Shown piece by piece: positions 59,633 through 64,000 of a stretch of 64,000 nt of DNA. The stretch comes from a virus. Position numbers and translations under genes: made by a program. Each line of letters starts with the position of its first letter. Positions within the stretch are counted from its first letter, which is position 1. The stretch spans positions 1 to 64,000 of IMG/VR virus record IMGVR_UViG_3300035691_000003; one strand, written 5' to 3'. The notes beneath the pieces are model-generated. The model was not told the DNA's origin. It made no database searches and saw only the letters and a list, made by a program, of their open reading frames with translations.

Positions 59633-60164
59633 CGTGTCACTCCTTCACTCGTTATCCGCCCGGCAGCACCGATAACACAGGTCGCCATAGGTCGCATCGC
59701 GCGTAGTCGGCTTACCGCACTTGCAACAGGGAACATGCATCGGTTTGCCGTCGTTAAGGTCATCATCTGTCGCCATCATCCATCACTCCTTTTTCAACTG
59801 GTGGGGGAAGGGTTGGTTAGGTATTACTCCCCTCTGCTCAGTCTCGCGAGCTTTTCTGGTGACAAACCGAGCGGCTTCTTGCACGGCCACTAAATCCGGG
59901 CGATCAAAGAAGTCCTTGGCATCCGTAGTCGTATCCGCCAGCGCGTTCACAAGTTCGCGATAAAACGTGAGTTCTGTTCGCTCACAAGTCTGAGCGAGAC
60001 TCAATGACCATCCTGAATCCATCGAGGAATTCCGCTCTGCGTCTTCCGCGTTCGCCGCCAGCCGCCGCTTCCACGACTCAAGGTCGAATGTTGTCATTGT
60101 CTCCGTCATTTGCCCTGTGCCTCCATCCATCATTTTCCCTGACGTTGCGGAGTCTAGCGTGCGT

Positions 60165-60599
60165 CTAGCGGGTTCCCGCCGCCTTCCTTGCCGCTGCTAG
60201 GACTTCGTTCAAGTTGGCCATCTTTCGCTCAACATGCAGCAGCGCATCCCGCACCGCGCGGTTAGGGTCTTTGAATTGAGCGCACCTGCTCGGCGTCCAC
60301 ATTGCCAGCCCGCCCGGACTACCCTTTACCCTGTCGCCAATCATGCACCAAAACTTCGTCCCACCGTCTGTCGGGTATACCTGCACCGGCCCAGATACCG
60401 CCCGCCAGTGCCAGCCCATGTTTTCAAAGACCAGCGGCTTCCAGCCGGTCCCGCGCAGCCGCTTAACCAGCGCAGCGGCATTCGCCACGGCGGCATCGTA
60501 CTCAGCTCGCGTACAACCCCGGCCACAAGCGGGCGCGCAGTACCTCGTCCCGTTGGCTTTTGGCCTCCATGATGGCGTTCGTTGCTTGGTCTGTTTCAT
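60165..60599 (-). CDS. Hypothetical protein, first gene of leftward operon
   Basis: ATG 10 nt after the -10 box. Confidence 0.75.
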   Translation of the reverse strand: MKQTKQRTPSWRPKANGTRYCAPACGRGCTRAEYDAAVANAAALVKRLRGTGWKPLVFENMGWHWRAVSGPVQVYPTDGGTKFWCMIGDRVKGSPGGLAMWTPSRCAQFKDPNRAVRDALLHVERKMANLNEVLAAARKAAGTR

Positions 60600-60608
60600 A
60601 ACGAGCGC

Positions 60609-60637
60609 ATCCTAGCACCGCCTGTTATGCTTGTCAA
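60609..60637 (-). promoter_or_regulatory. Leftward sigma70 promoter
   Basis: TTGACA-17 bp-TAGGAT with extended TG. Confidence 0.8.
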
Positions 60638-60652
60638 CGATTATTTTTCCAC

Positions 60653-60682
60653 TTGACAGAAAAATCTGATTGCTGTTACCCT
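60653..60682 (+). promoter_or_regulatory. Rightward sigma70 promoter
   Basis: TTGACA-18 bp-TACCCT with extended TG. Confidence 0.65.
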
Positions 60683-60690
60683 GCGACACT

Positions 60691-60894
60691 ATGGGACGAC
60701 TGAAACAGAAACAAACCAAGGCGCAGATAGCGGCGCGGGTATCTCCTTTGGTGAAGATTGCCATTGAGTCGGTCGCCAAGGAGGAACGGCGCACCGAGTC
60801 GCAGACTATCGAAATCCTGCTGGAGGAATCGCCGCGCATCAGAGCGAAACTCAGCCCGTCCAACGGAACACGCAAGCAACCAGTCTCGGTCTAA
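60691..60894 (+). CDS. Ribbon-helix-helix-like DNA-binding regulator
   Basis: QIAARV...IESVAKEERRTESQTIEILL pattern. Confidence 0.65.
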   Translation: MGRLKQKQTKAQIAARVSPLVKIAIESVAKEERRTESQTIEILLEESPRIRAKLSPSNGTRKQPVSV

Positions 60895-60903
60895 TAGCCA
60901 GCG

Positions 60904-61890
60904 GTGTCCTACTTTGAAGAAGACATACCCCGCAGGCCGGAGATTGTGTCTGGCCTGTTCAGGGAAGGGCAGATTATTACCTTTGCTGGCCCTTTCAATG
61001 TTGGCAAGACGCCCTTGCTGGCTGATTTGGCCGTGCATGTTGCGTCGGGGACCAAGTGGTGCGGGCGCGAGGTAGTAAAGCGCCCAGTCATCCATTTTGA
61101 CTTTGAGTCATCCGATCCAGACTTTCGCCGCACCTACCGAAACATCGCCAACCGACTTGGAATCAACCTGAAAGTCCCAAAGGACATTGCCCCGTTTCTC
61201 CTTAACAGCACGATAGAAGACCCGCGCACGAAAGCGCTGCTGAACGTAAAAAACAGCGCCACGATGGTCAAGCTACTGGACGCGCTATTAACCAAGGCTC
61301 CTGACAGTCTCATCCTATTCGACCCGGTTGAGATGGCCTTTCCCATTGACGTACTGAAGAAGGCCTCCGTCTTGGCTCTTTACCGCCTCCTGCGTGAGCT
61401 TCTCGGCAAGTTTCCCCGTTCGGCAGTTCTGAACACGCACAATCTCCGTAAGGACATGCGCCGCCCAGGGCCACAGCCGGATCTAATGCTCAACCCTCAC
61501 GACTGGCTACAGGAAGTCGCCGGGTCACTCGACCTGATTAACCGCAGCGACGTGAGACTGGGTGTTAACCGGCATTCCGACAACGTGGTGGTGGTAAACG
61601 GCGCGCGGCGGGGTGAGGACATGTTTCCCATGCTGCTGGCTCCGGTTGATGACGATCCTGATGAACTGGCCGGATTCAAGCCAATAGCCTCATCTAAACA
61701 AGACCTCCACGAACTCCTGTCACACGCTCAAATCGGCTACTGGAAAGAGCTTCCTGAAAAGTTCCGCTTCATCGACCACGCCAACAACGGTATCCCCAAA
61801 AGCAGTCTCTCCCGGCTGATAAAGCGCTGTAGTTCCTTAGGTTTACTGACCACCGATGGCTCGTGGTTTACTAAGATTCCCCTCAAATAG
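60904..61890 (+). CDS. RepA-type (AAA_25) replicative helicase-like ATPase
   Basis: GQIITFAGPFNVGKT, VIHFDFE, ILFDP, HNLRK, AGS motifs; possible C-terminal winged helix. Confidence 0.8.
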   Translation: MSYFEEDIPRRPEIVSGLFREGQIITFAGPFNVGKTPLLADLAVHVASGTKWCGREVVKRPVIHFDFESSDPDFRRTYRNIANRLGINLKVPKDIAPFLLNSTIEDPRTKALLNVKNSATMVKLLDALLTKAPDSLILFDPVEMAFPIDVLKKASVLALYRLLRELLGKFPRSAVLNTHNLRKDMRRPGPQPDLMLNPHDWLQEVAGSLDLINRSDVRLGVNRHSDNVVVVNGARRGEDMFPMLLAPVDDDPDELAGFKPIASSKQDLHELLSHAQIGYWKELPEKFRFIDHANNGIPKSSLSRLIKRCSSLGLLTTDGSWFTKIPLK

Positions 61891-61913
61891 CCAATTCTCC
61901 ACGCACGCAGATA

Positions 61914-62062
61914 ACTGGAACCAATGGAACAACTCTTTTACTGGCAATTACTTAGTCACTGGAACCAGCACTGGAACTAACTGGAACTTGGTTCCGGTGA
62001 GGTTCCACCCTTGGTTCCATTACGTAACTACAACAAACTACTGGACTTAGGTCATTGGTTCC
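61914..62062. repeat. Iteron-like direct and inverted repeats (probable replication origin)
   Basis: TGGAAC at 61916, 61925, 61960, 61972, 61982 and GGTTCC at 61990, 62001, 62013, 62057. Confidence 0.7.
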
Positions 62063-62499
62063 ACAATGGGGTATGCGTAGAGGTTTTTTGGGGGCAAAAA
62101 TCCAGCAAAATCGACTATTTTGGCCTTGGTCTGAGCCGGTTCGCTATTTGTCTCCACCACCGCAGACCAGCATCCCCGTCGGTCGGCATGGCGATGACCA
62201 GTCTGAGCCTCCTCGTCGTGTCCTCATCCACCGGCCAGGACATGCGACTGGTCTGGTGCCGGGGTCTGACGGCGAGCAGTTGGTCAATGTCGGCCAGGTC
62301 GGTGGGAGTTAGAACTTTTCCCATCGTTCCTCCTCGTCAAGTAGTACCAGCCAACGGGAGAGCAACGCTGCTGCCTCGTCGTCGCCATGTTTCAGGCAGT
62401 AGACCATCGCGCTGAATACGTGCTCATAGGGAGTGCGCCGGTGGCGGCGGATGCGCGCGCGGGAGTCGTCGAGGCGTGGGCCGGGGATGTCGGCGGTTC

Positions 62500-63072
62500 T
62501 CACCGGCGCACTCCAGCGGCGGCGGCGTCAACCGCTTTACGCAGCTCGTCACGGCCCTTGATCAAACCCGGCGTGGTTAACGCGAATTCCGCGCGTTTGA
62601 TAAGTTCGGCAAGCAATCGCCTCAACTTCACTACTGCATTGTGGTCGGCGACGATTTGCTTCATTACCGCCCGGTCGTCAGTGTTCAGTTCACCGTTCGG
62701 GCCATGCGCTTCAACTCGCGCCATAAACCGAAGGTTACCAGTGCGGGTGACTGAGACGATTAGTCCCGACTCTCGCGCTTCCCATTCATGCCACTCCCCC
62801 AGGCCAGCATTCGGGGCGGGTTTAAGGATGTCGTCGGTGACGTATTCCACCCTCCCGCGCATGCCTCGCCCGGTGAATCCGCCAGTCGCAACGGGTCCGC
62901 AGCCGTCCTTCGGCCTGAACCCTGCCGCTTGTTCGGCGTTGACGAACTGCTCTTGTGTGACTTCCTGCCATTCAGTCTGATGGTCAGCTTTCAGGTAGTA
63001 GCGCTCATTCATCATCGTGTTCCTCTCACCGCGACTCAGCACAGCATTCTGATAGGGTTTATCGTTGAACAT
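62500..63072 (-). CDS. Hypothetical protein
   Basis: AAGGAG RBS, 190 aa. Confidence 0.65.
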   Translation of the reverse strand: MFNDKPYQNAVLSRGERNTMMNERYYLKADHQTEWQEVTQEQFVNAEQAAGFRPKDGCGPVATGGFTGRGMRGRVEYVTDDILKPAPNAGLGEWHEWEARESGLIVSVTRTGNLRFMARVEAHGPNGELNTDDRAVMKQIVADHNAVVKLRRLLAELIKRAEFALTTPGLIKGRDELRKAVDAAAAGVRR

Positions 63073-63078
63073 TGGTTG

Positions 63079-63306
63079 CTAATCTCCTTCCTCGTCTTCC
63101 GTTGCCGACTCCTGAATCTCGCGCACTACGTCGTCTTCGGCGTAAACAAAGTGCAGGTTCTGTTCGGCGTCGCGCCAGATTTCATCATAAACAGCCTGCT
63201 TAATGGCGACAGTATCCATGTCCCGGTAGTCTTCCGGGTCGATGTCGATGGATCTCGTTGTTCCCTGCCACTCCCATTGGTCAAGTTCGTATTCGACTTT
63301 CATCAT
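63079..63306 (-). CDS. Small acidic hypothetical protein
   Basis: GAGG RBS, D/E-rich. Confidence 0.7.
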   Translation of the reverse strand: MMKVEYELDQWEWQGTTRSIDIDPEDYRDMDTVAIKQAVYDEIWRDAEQNLHFVYAEDDVVREIQESATEDEEGD

Positions 63307-63512
63307 TGTCCTCGTCTCTGCTCAAATAAGCCTCTCTCAGCCGTTTTCCAAATCGGCAGTCTGATTTCACCTATCGCCACTTCCGACGCCTCCAGCCCGT
63401 TCTAATCGCTCGCCAGAGGCATCGTAGCAGCCTCTCACAGCCCGCAGGAGCCACGATTGGCCCCAGAGACGGCTTGCGCCTTGTCCGGCGGGATTCTGAC
63501 GCCCCCGCCGTC

Positions 63513-63797
63513 CTAAACTCGCCTCTCTCGCAATAGACGCCGCATAATTGCCACGTTGACGTTCATCCACTTGTCACCAAACGGGAAGAAGTACCAGTTA
63601 CGCCACAGAGCGATTTTCTTTTGCCGTGACCGAAACGGGTAAAAGTCAGGCAGGCGCATCCATTGCGGCATTGCAGCCATGTGCTCTGCCAGTGATTCCG
63701 AAAACCGTTTACGCCAGTTACGGCGATAGTTACTACGAGCCCATCCGAGAGCTTGTTGCTCACGTTCTGTCAGTGGTTGTTTCATTATCGCCATCAC
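63513..63797 (-). CDS. Hypothetical protein
   Basis: 94 aa ORF in the - strand cluster. Confidence 0.5.
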   Translation of the reverse strand: MMAIMKQPLTEREQQALGWARSNYRRNWRKRFSESLAEHMAAMPQWMRLPDFYPFRSRQKKIALWRNWYFFPFGDKWMNVNVAIMRRLLRERRV

Positions 63798-64000
63798 TTC
63801 CCGCCCCGCGCCTGCCTGAGCGCCTGTTCAATCTTATCCACGCTGATTGCAAATCCTTCGCGCAGATCATGGATGTCAAAGTCACGCGCCTTTTGCCAGG
63901 TTCGCAGGGCGGCAAGCTCATCCTCCAGCGCCCGGACGAGCGCGGCGTGAATCGGCACCGCCAGCGCGATTGCTTCTGCCGTAGTATCAGTTTTAATACC

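Larger units (their letters stand above)
1..64000. mobile_element. Tailed dsDNA phage or prophage genome segment (podovirus-like); ends not visible
   Basis: Terminase, portal, scaffold, capsid and tail gene order on +; phage-type recombination/replication genes and dense small ORFs on -; no host housekeeping genes; no tape-measure or sheath gene recognised. Confidence 0.95.

Overview
The whole window reads as one tailed dsDNA phage or prophage segment with podovirus-like gene content. No integrase, polymerase, primase or clear endolysin is visible. The + strand (about 0.6-43.8 kb) carries the virion genes: two ejection-type proteins (one of 1918 aa with an N-terminal lytic transglycosylase), the terminase large subunit, portal, scaffold, major capsid, adaptor/nozzle proteins and many fibre or appendage proteins. 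It also carries a PAPS-reductase-like, glycosyltransferase and acetyltransferase cassette, and membrane proteins that may form a lysis module. The - strand (about 44-64 kb) carries many small hypothetical genes plus EndoVII, RusA-like, SSB-like, AAA NTPase, PD-(D/E)XK nuclease and Pif1-like helicase genes. It is interrupted by a + strand module of a small regulator, a RepA-type helicase and an iteron origin. The most striking feature is a 1.8 kb, largely non-coding block at 44.05-45.83 kb. It holds a head-to-tail array of about eight stem-closed structured RNAs plus a 372-nt RNA. Two of these keep a tRNA-like acceptor/D-arm/T-arm frame, with a compensatory base change between them, but replace the anticodon arm with large inserted domains. 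Further stem-closed RNAs lie at 11.4-11.7 kb and 41.1-41.3 kb. All protein calls come from motifs read by eye and gene order, and all RNA structures from manual base pairing. No database search or folding program was run.
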